Source: an uncultured Gammaproteobacteria bacterium (GTDB lineage: Bacteria; Patescibacteriota; Patescibacteriia; UBA1558; 2-01-FULL-52-15). Taken from it: a stretch of DNA of 64,000 bases. This document shows, piece by piece, positions 46,824 through 55,898 of this stretch; position 1 is the first letter of the stretch, and each line of letters opens with the position of its first letter. The stretch lies in the NCBI GenBank assembly GCA_964402565.1, contig CAYOCJ010000002.1:316659-380658 (forward strand), given 5' to 3'. A program made the translations under genes and the position numbers. The notes beneath the pieces were generated by a model. That model saw only the letters and a program-made list of their open reading frames with translations, had not been told where the DNA came from and ran no database searches.

Positions 46824-49250
46824 ATGCGTACAGCAAAGGTACTAAAGCCTTGGCGACATCAACGCCAAGCACAGCTTGCCATCACAGTAGCACGTGAGTC
46901 AGGCAAGCACGCCGGCCTCATGGTCATGGCAACGGGCTTAGGAAAAAATCTCACGGCAGCACTCGAGTATGAGAAGTTCAGAAGGTCAATGCTCCGTCGT
47001 GGCAAGCGAAGCCGATTGCTCTTCCTTGCACACCAGTCCCACATGCTCGATCAGGCGCGAGAAACTTACGAAATGCGCTTAGGTCGCAGGATCAGCTGCG
47101 GGATGTTTAACGATGTCTTCAAGGAGACAAAGGCAGACGCAGTTTTCGCAACATTCCAGAGCATGGATAAAGTGCTTTTCGGAAAGAAAGGAAAAAAGCG
47201 TCGACCCTTCGGAAGACATGGATTCGACTACGTCATCATCGATGAGTCGCATCACAGCCATGCACACACCTACCGACGGGTCATTCGCTACTTCAAGCCG
47301 CGTTTCACGTTGGCTATGACCGCGACACCTGACAGAGCAGATCTTCAGGACATACGCGATCTCTACGGCCCTGAGGTGTACTCACTCCCTCTCGAGGAAG
47401 GTCTTGCGCGAGGTTTGCTCGCGCCTGTGGACTATCGCCTCGTAACGGATGGATTGCACAAGCTAAGCATTCTCGACACACCGATCGGAAGATTGAGCGT
47501 CAAACGTTTGAACAAGACACTCTTTATTCCAAGGCGTGACGCCGAGATTGCAAAGATCATCCTCCAGCATGCACGGCGTCAGCCTGATGCACGTATGATG
47601 ATCTTCTGTCCTTCGATCAAGTATTGCACCCGTCTCGAACGACACTTACCGAATGCGGTTGCAATTCACTCGAGACTCACTGACAAGGAACAAGCCGATC
47701 GTCAGGCGAAGTTTCGGACAGGCGACTACACAACCGTTTTGACGGTGGACAAGTTCAACGAAGGGATTGATATCCCTGAGGCGAACATCATCGTCTTCCT
47801 TCGCTCCACAGCATCACGCAGGATTTTCCTGCAACAGCTCGGCCGCGGGCTTCGTAAGCTTCGTGGCAAGAGAAACGTCCTCGTCCTAGATTTCGCTGCA
47901 AACTGTGAGCGACTTCAAATGGTGAATACTCTCTGGCGTTCTGTCGACAAAATTAAGCGACAAAGCGCTGGGAAAACCAAGGACCGAGCTGTTTCAGTGG
48001 ACATCGGAAAGGTGAAGTTCTCGCATGTCGCGCAACGGATTCTCGATGTCTTGGGTCGCATCCAAGAAGGGTATACTCGAGAAGTGATCATTGCTCAGCT
48101 CAGAAGCCTTGGAAAACACCTCGATAGGACCCCAATGACAGACGATATCCGAGAGGCGTCTAAAAAAGGTTTGTGCGCAAATCCGACTACGATCTTACGA
48201 CATTTCGGCACCCTGCATGCTGCACTCAAGGCTGCTGGGTTCAGGCCAACACGAGGTTGGGGTGCGACCGAAGATGAGGTCAAGCTCCAAATCAAAGCAG
48301 TCGCTAAAGCACTTGGGCATACACCCACGATCGAAGAGTTGCGAGCCGCTTGGAGGAAAGGCGACATTGTTCACGAAGGCGTCATTCGACGCATCTTCGG
48401 AACTGTCACCGCTGCTTTCGAAGCTGTGGGCCTTGTTACTCGCAAGCCTAAGCACTACACCACAAGCGAGATCAAGAAACAGCTCAAGGAGATTCAAAGA
48501 ACAACTGGAAAAGCACCAACAAGAGCGGAAATAACGAATCGTCACGCAGCCGGTAAAGGTCCGAGTCTTCACATCGTGATCAAGCGCTTCGGCTCTTTCT
48601 CGAAAGCTCTTCTTGCGATAGGCACCCTCGCGACTAACATGATAAAGCCGGTCAAGGGGGGGAAAGCCCATCGTAAAGGCGAGGCCAGCAACAAGTTTGT
48701 GCTTGGCTGCCTCAAACGACTCGAGCGGAGCCTTGGTAGAATCCCTTCGAGAAAGGACGTTGATGTTGCTGCGCGAAAGGGCTTGTGTCTGAGTAGCTCT
48801 ACCTACGCTAAGCGATTCGGGTCTCTTACAGCGGCAAAAAAAGCTGCTGGGATCGAGATTGTTGTTGAGGTGAAGCGAACACGAAAACAACACATTCGCG
48901 ATTTGAAGCGACTCGCAAAGAAACTGGGTAGAACACCTTTCGTAGAGGATGTAAAAGCTGCCTACACGAGACACGAGTGTGGCAGCACATCCATGCTGTA
49001 TAAAGTCTTCGGGTCATTCAACAATGCGCTTGAAGAGGCTGGCCTCACCCCAAACCGAATCCACGAGTACACAGATCAAAGGCTCATCCATTCACTGCAG
49101 GAGCTTGGTCGCAAACTGGGGAGGCCACCGTATAGCATCGATGTAAACCGAGCAAGCAAAGAAAGCGGAGCCTTCCCGGGGCTAGGGCCATTCCTGAAAG
49201 CGTTCGGAACCTTCAGAAAAGCACGGGAGGCGGCGGGCTTCAAGGCCTGA
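46824..49250 (+). CDS. SF2 helicase (ResIII/DEAD-like: motif I GLGKN, motif II DESHH) with C-terminal array of about six homing-endonuclease-associated repeats
   Basis: RBS gaggagggagata-ATG. VMATGLGKN, VIIDESHHSHA, MTATPDR, and a helicase C-domain (QQLGRGLR). The C-terminal roughly 420 aa is made of about 50-aa repeats of the form L..LG+.PT..E....+GL......++FGS...AL..AG. Confidence 0.8.
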   Translation: MRTAKVLKPWRHQRQAQLAITVARESGKHAGLMVMATGLGKNLTAALEYEKFRRSMLRRGKRSRLLFLAHQSHMLDQARETYEMRLGRRISCGMFNDVFKETKADAVFATFQSMDKVLFGKKGKKRRPFGRHGFDYVIIDESHHSHAHTYRRVIRYFKPRFTLAMTATPDRADLQDIRDLYGPEVYSLPLEEGLARGLLAPVDYRLVTDGLHKLSILDTPIGRLSVKRLNKTLFIPRRDAEIAKIILQHARRQPDARMMIFCPSIKYCTRLERHLPNAVAIHSRLTDKEQADRQAKFRTGDYTTVLTVDKFNEGIDIPEANIIVFLRSTASRRIFLQQLGRGLRKLRGKRNVLVLDFAANCERLQMVNTLWRSVDKIKRQSAGKTKDRAVSVDIGKVKFSHVAQRILDVLGRIQEGYTREVIIAQLRSLGKHLDRTPMTDDIREASKKGLCANPTTILRHFGTLHAALKAAGFRPTRGWGATEDEVKLQIKAVAKALGHTPTIEELRAAWRKGDIVHEGVIRRIFGTVTAAFEAVGLVTRKPKHYTTSEIKKQLKEIQRTTGKAPTRAEITNRHAAGKGPSLHIVIKRFGSFSKALLAIGTLATNMIKPVKGGKAHRKGEASNKFVLGCLKRLERSLGRIPSRKDVDVAARKGLCLSSSTYAKRFGSLTAAKKAAGIEIVVEVKRTRKQHIRDLKRLAKKLGRTPFVEDVKAAYTRHECGSTSMLYKVFGSFNNALEEAGLTPNRIHEYTDQRLIHSLQELGRKLGRPPYSIDVNRASKESGAFPGLGPFLKAFGTFRKAREAAGFKA

Positions 49251-49514
49251 CGCAAAGTGAATTTCTATCGGTACCTTCAAGAAGGCCAATCATTCGATTC
49301 AACATCGAGAGACTGGCCTTCTTTTTTTACAAAAAAGTTTCTCGAAACGCGAAAGGCCGCGCCTTTCACAGGCACGGCCTATTCGTCAACTTTCGATTTG
49401 GCTCCCAGCCTGCTGAACAAAATTCGAAATCCCGGCGGGGCGGTATATCCTCTTGCGCAGTATCATTTTGAGAGGTACTGTGCATCATACGATCTTTCAA
49501 ACACGGAGGAAACC

Positions 49515-50099
49515 ATGAGACTCTTTTGCGCATGCGTATTGTTTCTCGGACTTGCGGGGATCGGCAACGCTTTGGCGAGCGGCCAATGTTCACCGGCGCC
49601 GCTACCTCCGAAAGAGGAACGGACCGATGATTTCTGGAAGGGGTATTTGAAAGAAAACCTCACCAACTGTTACGGTGAGCTGCATCCGCAAATCAACGCA
49701 TCAGTCATTGGCATTGAGCCCACTGATTGGATTTCATCAAACTGGTGCCCATTGACATGTGCTATTATCATGAGCAGGCCCTTCCTTGATTCTACGGATG
49801 AGCCATATGAAATTCTCTTTGTGCTTGGCCATGAGGCCGGGCATATTGCTCTCAGCGGGAGGGACTTTGCTCATGCGATTGGCCTCGAGGAAGTCGAATA
49901 TGCCGCAGACCTCATTGCCGTACAGGCTATTCCATCTGGAGCCTGCCATGGCGCTCGGGCATTGCAGTGGATATACGATGCGGCATCGAAATCAAAAGCA
50001 CTACCGCCTGAAGCTAGGCAAAAAGTGTTGGAGGAAATACGACAGCGGAGAAAGGCTCTCTTAGCCAAATGTGCAGTAGACGCGGTATTAGTCAAATGA
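49515..50099 (+). CDS. secreted HExxH zinc-metallopeptidase-like protein
   Basis: RBS acggaggaaacc-ATG at MRLFCACVLFLGLAG (signal peptide). HEAGH motif at VLGHEAGHIAL. Confidence 0.55.
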   Translation: MRLFCACVLFLGLAGIGNALASGQCSPAPLPPKEERTDDFWKGYLKENLTNCYGELHPQINASVIGIEPTDWISSNWCPLTCAIIMSRPFLDSTDEPYEILFVLGHEAGHIALSGRDFAHAIGLEEVEYAADLIAVQAIPSGACHGARALQWIYDAASKSKALPPEARQKVLEEIRQRRKALLAKCAVDAVLVK

Positions 50100-50107
50100 A
50101 AAAATCT

Positions 50108-50137
50108 AGAGGGATTTACACAATCCCTCTTTTTTTA
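50108..50137 (+). terminator. rho-independent terminator
   Basis: agagggatt-tacac-aatccctct followed by ttttttt. Confidence 0.75.
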
Positions 50138-50188
50138 CTTATCGAATGTAGTGTGCGATATGATCTACTCAAAAAGATTTGCTCGAAG

Positions 50189-50330
50189 CTACATTATGGC
50201 GACTGGATTTTTTCATGGTTCCGCCCATTCGGCAAGCTCAGGGCGTCGCAAAAAAGATAAAACCGCCAGAAGAAATCTGACGGTTTTATCTTGGCTCCGC
50301 GAGTCGGATTCCGCTTCGCTAGACCCTTTC
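50189..50330. repeat. two partial direct copies of the tRNA-Asn 3' end plus flank (att-like scars)
   Basis: 50193-50217 (ttatggcgactggattttttcatgg) is identical to 50461-50485. 50293-50312 (tggctccgcgagtcggattc) is identical to the tRNA 3' end at 50484-50503. 50218-50233 is a degenerate copy of the same segment. Confidence 0.7.
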
Positions 50331-50482
50331 TGATTTCCCCCGACCCCCATCTCGGACACCTTCGATTTCCGACGCTCGTTACACTCGCTGCCTTCCACCC
50401 ACGGGGGAAATCCGGTTCGAATCCTCTGAAAATCCAAATCAATGAAAAAATCCACTCACCTTATGGCGACTGGATTTTTTCA

Positions 50483-50557
50483 TGGCTCCGCGAGTCGGAT
50501 TCGAACCGACGACCCATTGGTTAACAGCCAATTGCTCTACCGCTGAGCTATCGCGGA
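50483..50557 (-). tRNA. tRNA-Asn (GTT)
   Basis: Reverse complement reads TCCGCGA-TA-GCTC-AGCGGTA-GAGC-A-ATTGG-CTGTTAA-CCAAT-GGGTC-GTCGG-TTCGAAT-CCGAC-TCGCGGA-G-CCA. Confidence 0.88.
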
Positions 50558-50607
50558 ATGAATGCGCGAATCATTGTAAATGTTCTTGACTCCGAAGTCA
50601 ACCCGTC

Positions 50608-50823
50608 TTATCGCGTTAGCCGGCCCCATGAAAAAGCGTTCCATACGCGTTCATGGAAATAATACAGAACAGCGCTGCCGAGATTCGTTGCGATAATGAC
50701 GCCTACGGTCGCATCGACCCGATGCGTGAACAGATATACGATCGTGAAATCTGAAATGATGATCACAATACGGTACGTAATGGATTTTGCGATGGATCGC
50801 TTGTGCCGTTCGAAATGAAACAT
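50608..50823 (-). CDS. DUF2061-family small membrane protein
   Basis: RSIAKSITYRIVIIISDFTIVY... pattern. Confidence 0.6.
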   Translation of the reverse strand: MFHFERHKRSIAKSITYRIVIIISDFTIVYLFTHRVDATVGVIIATNLGSAVLYYFHERVWNAFSWGRLTR

Positions 50824-50826
50824 AGA

Positions 50827-51525
50827 TTATCGAAAGAGGTTAAATTTTATAATTGCTGCCATGGCGCTGATGCCGTCTTTCCAGTTGATTTTCTTGCCTT
50901 CGGCATAGGTTCTGCCGCTGTACGAAATGCCTACTTCAAATATCCTGAGCTTCTGTTTTGCGATCATGGCCGTCAGTTCTACTTCAATGGTGAATCGATT
51001 GGATGTCAGCTTTGATTTGATCGAATCAAGCGCTTTCTTCGTGAAGACCTTATAGCAGGTTTCCATATCGCTGACATTCAGGTTGGTGAACATATTCGAC
51101 AGCAGAGTCAAAAAGCGATTGCCGACCTGATGCCAGAAATAGAGGACGCGATGCGGGCCTGAACCGGTAAACCGGGAACCATAGACAACATCTGCACGGC
51201 CATCAATCAAAGGAGCGAGGAGAGTTGGGTATTCATTTGGGTCATATTCGAGATCTGCGTCCTGTATCAGAATGAAATCGCCAGTGGCCAGATCAAATCC
51301 CTTGCGGACCGCAGCGCCCTTGCCCTGATTTTTTTCCTGATAATGCACGCGGGCCACGCGCGATTCAAGTTTCTTGAGCTCGTCGGACGTTCCATCGGTC
51401 GAATGGTCATCAATAATAATGATCTCTTGTGTCAGATTAGGCAGCTGCACAGCAGACACGCGGTCGACGAGATGCGCGATCGTATCTTTTTCATTAAAGA
51501 CCGGAATGATGATCGAAAGTTTCAT
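50827..51525 (-). CDS. GT2-family glycosyltransferase (dolichyl-phosphate sugar synthase-like)
   Basis: LSIIIPVFNE...IIIDDHSTDGT...DAD.E motifs. Confidence 0.88.
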   Translation of the reverse strand: MKLSIIIPVFNEKDTIAHLVDRVSAVQLPNLTQEIIIIDDHSTDGTSDELKKLESRVARVHYQEKNQGKGAAVRKGFDLATGDFILIQDADLEYDPNEYPTLLAPLIDGRADVVYGSRFTGSGPHRVLYFWHQVGNRFLTLLSNMFTNLNVSDMETCYKVFTKKALDSIKSKLTSNRFTIEVELTAMIAKQKLRIFEVGISYSGRTYAEGKKINWKDGISAMAAIIKFNLFR

Positions 51526-52934
51526 GCAGTATGTTTTGATCGCACCGGCCGCAAACCCGTCATGCAGATCGTTTGGATGGCGAATAGTGCAATGATGCTG
51601 TTAATAGGAAAACGGAATCGTGCATTTACCGCTAAACCATCGCTCAGGGTCGTCAGTGCAAAATATCCGATGAGAAGTATGCAGCAGACAGCCAGCGGGT
51701 CAAATGTTTTTTTGATGCACCGGTATAGGATACCCCATATGCATAGGGCTGCAAGTGCGAACCATATGATCCGCAGCAACACAACGATCCATAACAGGGG
51801 TGATTTCGCAAAAAGTGAAAATGCATGAAATGCTGAAGACATGGTCGGATCGGTTAGTGCAGTCCGTATCTCGCTACTGACAGATTTTTCGACATGCAAG
51901 CCGACGATACTTCCAAGATCGATCATGCCGTCATGCGTTGCAAATGTGGCGCTATTCACAAGAAAGACTTTAAAGAGCGCATAGGGATAGGGGCGTATCG
52001 CCGCGATCGCATCGTTTCTAAATTGTTTTGCATCGGCTGTGGAGATCGAGGGCTGTGCGCTCAAACCATGTGCATGATAAAAATCTAAGGTGGCCGTCTT
52101 TTCGTCTATGTGATTCTGTACGGCAAGCACGGACGGAGCAAGCTCTATATACAGCGCAGCTTCTTTGATAGAGGAAAATGACCCGACGCCATAGACGCGC
52201 ATATTCCGCAATGACCATGGTATGACGCAAAGCAGGAAGACTGCAATACCTGTGGCAGCTGCAATCAACGCTCGTTTATTTCTGAAGCTCCTTGCCAAGA
52301 AAAAAGGCAGGATCAGGATCGGCATATAGAAGGTCGTTGGCCTGAATACGGCTGTGCAACCGAGCATGAGGCCGGCTAATGCAGCAGCACGCGTCAATGC
52401 ATGCGTCTCGCCCGACCGTACCATAGAGATAATCTTCTGAATAAGCAGGAAAAAAAGCAGCAAGGCGAAGGTAAAGAAAGTCTCGGTCAGAATTTTCACC
52501 GAAAGAAGAATGCCGCCAGGTTCAAATGCGAAAAGAAAACCGACGATGGTAGAAATTTTTTCAGGGACTCCGCCATTCAGCAGGATGCGCCTTGTCAGGA
52601 CCGGGAGTGTACTGCCGACGATGATCTGCAAGACCACGAACAGCCATGCGCCATTCGGCAGCATCATAAAAGGCGCCAGCAAGAGCGGCAAACCAGGAGA
52701 GCGGTAGGTATCCAAAAAAAAGGGAGCTTCGCTTGCATACGAATAGCCATTTCCTCGCACGAGGTTGTCGGCGATCTCATAGTAGCCGTCTTCGTGCTGT
52801 AATCCAAGAGAATGCGCTGAGATGATGAGCACGATCAAGCGAATGACAAGCGCTATGCCGAAAATAAAAAAAACAGCCCTTTTATTCTGACGTCCGCTTC
52901 CGGTTTGATCTGCGTGTGTAGAGGGCTGATCCAT
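51522..52934 (-). CDS. GT39/ArnT-like membrane glycosyltransferase (dolichyl-phosphate-mannose protein mannosyltransferase family)
   Basis: Polytopic (at least 10 TM) with an acidic first periplasmic loop (QHEDGYYEIADNLV). 4-nt overlap with the GT2 gene. The start is trimmed to MDQPS so that it does not overlap tRNA-Pro. Confidence 0.6.
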   Translation of the reverse strand: MDQPSTHADQTGSGRQNKRAVFFIFGIALVIRLIVLIISAHSLGLQHEDGYYEIADNLVRGNGYSYASEAPFFLDTYRSPGLPLLLAPFMMLPNGAWLFVVLQIIVGSTLPVLTRRILLNGGVPEKISTIVGFLFAFEPGGILLSVKILTETFFTFALLLFFLLIQKIISMVRSGETHALTRAAALAGLMLGCTAVFRPTTFYMPILILPFFLARSFRNKRALIAAATGIAVFLLCVIPWSLRNMRVYGVGSFSSIKEAALYIELAPSVLAVQNHIDEKTATLDFYHAHGLSAQPSISTADAKQFRNDAIAAIRPYPYALFKVFLVNSATFATHDGMIDLGSIVGLHVEKSVSSEIRTALTDPTMSSAFHAFSLFAKSPLLWIVVLLRIIWFALAALCIWGILYRCIKKTFDPLAVCCILLIGYFALTTLSDGLAVNARFRFPINSIIALFAIQTICMTGLRPVRSKHTA

Positions 52935-52967
52935 TGATCCTAAATATCGGCTAAAGTTCTCTAGAAA

Positions 52968-53043
52968 TGGTCGGGGTGACCCGACTTGAACGGGCGACCT
53001 CATGCACCCCATGCATGCGCGCTAGCCAACTGCGCCACACCCC
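52968..53043 (-). tRNA. tRNA-Pro (GGG)
   Basis: Reverse complement reads CGGGGTG-TG-GCGC-AGTTGGCTA-GCGC-G-CATGC-ATGGGGT-GCATG-AGGTC-GCCCG-TTCAAGT-CGGGT-CACCCCG-A-CCA. Confidence 0.85.
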
Positions 53044-53069
53044 GTAACATAGTGATATGAATTGAAAGC

Positions 53070-53154
53070 TTGGTGCCGGAGGAGGGACTCGAACCCTCAA
53101 ACCTTTCGGTACACGATTTTGAGTCGTGCGTGTATACCAGTTTCACCACTCCGG
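53070..53154 (-). tRNA. tRNA-Leu (CAA)
   Basis: Reverse complement reads GCCGGAG...CACGA-CTCAAAA-TCGTG with a long variable arm...GAGGG-TTCGAGT-CCCTC-CTCCGGC-A-CCA. Confidence 0.85.
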
Positions 53155-53235
53155 CATTTTTTATCGGATTGTACTATACCGAGTTGGATGCGCAAAGTCA
53201 ATATCTATAAGCAAAACATGCTATAGTATATAGGT

Positions 53236-54336
53236 ATGAAGATACATCGATCGAAACGCCTCTTTCTGTTGCTGGCCATAGAAATTATAGGCATCAGTAT
53301 TTTTTTTATAGCCGTGAAGCCTGAGCGCGAAAAATTGCAAAAACATATAGCAGATGTGATCACTTCATTGCAGCCGATGCTGGGAGCCGGTGCACCAGGT
53401 ATTTGCCCGGGAACCAAGGGAGTTCAGAAATTCAATTGCTATCAGGCATTCTATGAAAATCTCACTCGAGAGAAGGGTGCTGCTGTTGCATTCCAGGATC
53501 TGAAGCAGCGGTATGTAGTTGATCCGTATGCCCATAGCCAATGTCATCAGCTCACGCATGCCATAGGACATGGGGCATTGCAGGATAGTGCAAGCCTTGC
53601 AGATACCTTTGCGCATGGAGACAGCTTTTGCTGGTCCGGTTATTATCACGGCGTCATGGAGGAAGTCGTCGAGAAGATCGGCATAGAAGCATTACCGGAG
53701 CAGTTGAATACGATTTGTGCTCCCATGAAAAAAGGAAGCACGCAGGATTTTTATTACTATAATTGCGTGCATGGTCTTGGGCATGGCGTCATGGCTATCA
53801 AAAATAATGAGCTCTTTGATGCATTAGCTCTGTGCGGAAAACTCAGTGATAGATGGGATCAAGAAGCATGCTCGGGCGGAGTCTTTATGGAAAATGTCAT
53901 GCTGGACACTCGTGAAGAAGGGACAAAATATTTGCATCCGGATGATCCGGTATATCCGTGCAATGATGTCGAGGAAAAATATAAACCGCAATGCTATGTC
54001 ATGCAGACTTCGTATATGATGTCGGTACTGCAAAGGGATTTTTCGAAAGTGTTTGCACTCTGTGCAACGGTATCGGAGCGATATCAGGACATATGCTATG
54101 AAGGAGTTGGACGCGATGCGTCAGGACAGACGTTGAGCTCTATCGATGAGACCGTGAAGCTCTGTAATTTGGGCACCACTCGTATGCAGCGGGAGCATTG
54201 CATGATAGGAGCGGTAAAAGATTTTGTTTCGTATTATCATTCAGACACAGAAGCAAATAAACTATGCTATGCGGTGCAGCACGATCTGCTCGATAGCTGT
54301 CTGACGACTGTGAAGGCGTACTATAAACTTTTTTAG
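53236..54336 (+). CDS. membrane-anchored Cys/His-rich repeat protein (hypothetical)
   Basis: N-terminal TM. At least five approximate repeats, each beginning C..(L/V).H(A/G).GHG or a close variant (CHQLTHAIGHG, CVHGLGHGV, CWSGYYHGV, CSGGVFMENV...). Confidence 0.55.
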   Translation: MKIHRSKRLFLLLAIEIIGISIFFIAVKPEREKLQKHIADVITSLQPMLGAGAPGICPGTKGVQKFNCYQAFYENLTREKGAAVAFQDLKQRYVVDPYAHSQCHQLTHAIGHGALQDSASLADTFAHGDSFCWSGYYHGVMEEVVEKIGIEALPEQLNTICAPMKKGSTQDFYYYNCVHGLGHGVMAIKNNELFDALALCGKLSDRWDQEACSGGVFMENVMLDTREEGTKYLHPDDPVYPCNDVEEKYKPQCYVMQTSYMMSVLQRDFSKVFALCATVSERYQDICYEGVGRDASGQTLSSIDETVKLCNLGTTRMQREHCMIGAVKDFVSYYHSDTEANKLCYAVQHDLLDSCLTTVKAYYKLF

Positions 54337-54426
54337 AGATGAGAGAACATGTTGAATAGAGAACCTATCAATTTTTTAGCAGAATGTCAAAATTGCCCTT
54401 TCTGATACTTTTGTTACCATAGGTGT

Positions 54427-54864
54427 ATGCAACACCCAAAAACTGTTTCAGAATATATAGCGCATGCCCCGAAGGAGCAGCGTACTCGGCTCCGAACAAT
54501 TCGAGCCGCGATCAAAAAAGCCGCGCCGAAAGCAGAGGAGAAGATAAGTTATGGCATGCCCTACTATGGTTTGTATGGGCGACTTGCATATTTTGCTGCA
54601 GCGAAAAAACATGTAGGTTTGTATCTGATGCCGCCCATGATCGCAGAGCACAAAAAAGAGCTGAAGAATTACGAAACTTCAACCGCGACCATTCAATTTC
54701 CAAATGATAAACCACTGCCCATCCCGCTGATCAAAAAACTTTTGAAGTCTGCGGTAGAAAAAAATGTGAAAAAGGCTCTGCGTATATGCTCTCGCGGGCA
54801 TGAGTTCATGGCACCTGGACCATGTCCTGTATGCTGGCCGGGACGCCTCAAGAAAAAGAAATAA
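54427..54864 (+). CDS. DUF1801 (YdhG-like) domain protein with C-terminal Cys pair and Lys tail
   Basis: 145-aa ORF. YGMPYYGLYGRLAYFAAAKKHVGLY pattern. Confidence 0.55.
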   Translation: MQHPKTVSEYIAHAPKEQRTRLRTIRAAIKKAAPKAEEKISYGMPYYGLYGRLAYFAAAKKHVGLYLMPPMIAEHKKELKNYETSTATIQFPNDKPLPIPLIKKLLKSAVEKNVKKALRICSRGHEFMAPGPCPVCWPGRLKKKK

Positions 54865-54872
54865 CCGCACCG

Positions 54873-55286
54873 ATGAAAACCTTTTTGATCGACGCAGTAT
54901 ACTGTTTTATTGTCGAGAGCAAAGGCGGTTTTAGTATTTTTATTGAAATGTATGAGTTACTTGAGAGTTATCCGAACCGAAAAATTTTACTCACTGGCGC
55001 GCGCGATGAGGATATCGAGAGATATGGATTAGACAAGGTGCCGTATGAATATTTTACGTTGAAATCCGATCCCAAAAAATCAAACCCCGAATACTATACG
55101 ACGATGCTCAGGCATTTCCATATGAAACCGGATGATGTCGTGTATGTCGAGCATAATCCCGATGCCGTTGAGAGCGCACGTTCTGTGGGGATTGAAACGT
55201 ATCTCTATGATCGCGAGAAAAAAGATCTGGATGCTTTGGAAAAGTTTTTATCCTCTTTGAAAGATGAGACAGTGAACGTGCTCTAG
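54873..55286 (+). CDS. small hypothetical protein (possibly HAD-like)
   Basis: Start at MKTFLID. 137 aa. Confidence 0.4.
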   Translation: MKTFLIDAVYCFIVESKGGFSIFIEMYELLESYPNRKILLTGARDEDIERYGLDKVPYEYFTLKSDPKKSNPEYYTTMLRHFHMKPDDVVYVEHNPDAVESARSVGIETYLYDREKKDLDALEKFLSSLKDETVNVL

Positions 55287-55300
55287 CTCAGGAACGAGTA

Positions 55301-55345
55301 TAAAAAGAAAACGGCCCCGGTCCACACGTTCGTGTGGCCGGGGCC
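55301..55345 (-). terminator. palindromic terminator, copy 1 of a 45-bp repeat
   Basis: taaaaagaaaacggccccggtccacacgTTcgtgtggccggggcc. Read on the minus strand this is a GC hairpin followed by a U-tract, after the DUF1360 gene. Confidence 0.65.
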
Positions 55346-55363
55346 GGGGATGAGGAAGGAAAA

Positions 55364-55684
55364 TTACTCCATCGTCTTGAAGGCTCGGTAGATGAGCCCT
55401 GACCAGAACGATGAAAGCGTCACGATCGCAAAGACCGCGACGATGTAATCGATGAATCGGGATTGTTCGAAGAGAACTGGACGGTAGAGGATCACTGCTA
55501 GTAGTGAGAGCCAGTGGCTCGTACAATACGGGCAGTTCACGAGTTTACCGAGCCAGGTGCTGATGCGCTCGATCAGCGAGCGGAATCCCTCGAAGATCGG
55601 AGATTTCGCTGTGGTCATCGAGATCGAGGACACAGACAGGGAAAGGACTAGTATCTTGAGGAAGTGCATGAAAGTTTCGTTCAT
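55364..55684 (-). CDS. DUF1360-like small membrane protein
   Basis: RBS gaaggagtaagg-ATG. CPYCTSHW motif and 3 TM helices. Confidence 0.55.
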   Translation of the reverse strand: MNETFMHFLKILVLSLSVSSISMTTAKSPIFEGFRSLIERISTWLGKLVNCPYCTSHWLSLLAVILYRPVLFEQSRFIDYIVAVFAIVTLSSFWSGLIYRAFKTME

Positions 55685-55697
55685 CCTTACTCCTTCA

Positions 55698-55889
55698 TCA
55701 GCGGAAACAGAAGCAGCCCCTGAGGGGTCTGTCTGCCTTGTCCTTGGTATCGTTCAGGACGGCGTCGATGGATTCGAGGGCTTGATCGATGGATGGCAGC
55801 GAAGTATCGAGGCTTGTCGGATCAAGCACCGACTCTTTCCCGCTTCCCGCAGGACGTTGGGTTTTCTTTTTCTTGCGTTCCTGTTCCAT
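55698..55889 (-). CDS. Pup/UBact-like small protein (prokaryotic ubiquitin-like), atypical C-terminus
   Basis: 63 aa. N-terminal MEQERKKKK matches Pup MAQEQTKR. L-E-S-I-D-A-V-L-N-D-T matches the Pup L-D-E-I-D-D-V-L-E-E-N helix. It ends ...RPLRGCFCFR rather than GGQ/GGE. Confidence 0.45.
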   Translation of the reverse strand: MEQERKKKKTQRPAGSGKESVLDPTSLDTSLPSIDQALESIDAVLNDTKDKADRPLRGCFCFR

Positions 55890-55898
55890 GTCGTCCTC

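Noticed and set aside
51522-53012. ORF-track N-terminal extension of the GT39-like gene
   Set aside because: The extension would overlap tRNA-Pro (52968-53043). The start was trimmed to the internal Met at 52934.
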